A stretch of 64,000 nucleotides of DNA, from the NCBI RefSeq assembly GCF_001194135.2, contig NC_068993.1, positions 15,959,714 through 16,023,713 of the forward strand, read 5' to 3'. The translations under genes and the position numbers were made by a program. Below are positions 63,926 to 64,000 of this stretch, piece after piece. The stretch's first letter is position 1; every line of letters begins with the position of its first letter. The DNA is from Octopus bimaculoides (Eukaryota). Below the pieces are notes generated by a model, which was given only the letters and a program-made list of their open reading frames with translations, did no database searches and was not told the DNA's origin.

Positions 63926-64000
<75 letters not shown>

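Noticed and set aside
1-64000. Prokaryotic systems (operons, defence islands, CRISPR), rRNA or telomeric arrays
   Set aside because: There are no long genuine ORFs, no repeat-spacer arrays, no rRNA-like sequence and no (TTAGGG)n.

Overview
This is a 64-kb eukaryotic, AT-rich, essentially non-coding window from a gappy draft assembly. About 7.5 kb is N, and most gaps are flanked by (TA)n. The very high microsatellite density and the SINE families resemble octopus/coleoid cephalopod DNA (from recall, not verified). No complete gene, operon, rRNA or CRISPR array is supported, and almost all listed ORFs are artefacts of N-runs or simple repeats. Supported content: (i) decayed transposon coding fragments, mostly missed by the ORF track (Helitron PIF1 helicase, R4/Dong-type RLE LINE, Penelope-like RT, mariner transposase, a LINE ORF1 zinc knuckle); (ii) about 25 copies or fragments of several tRNA-related SINE families; (iii) a ~340-bp foldback palindrome and a 60-bp minisatellite; (iv) a few weak candidate small exons. 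The most interesting signal is a set of minimal hammerhead-ribozyme motifs in several unrelated short repeat families. These include a chimeric tRNA-head/(AAT)n/hammerhead element that looks like a Penelope-mobilised SINE, and a CATA-embedded family with a pseudo-hammerhead fold. Hammerheads in Penelope-like elements are known, so any novelty lies in these specific non-autonomous architectures, and it needs a genome-wide check.
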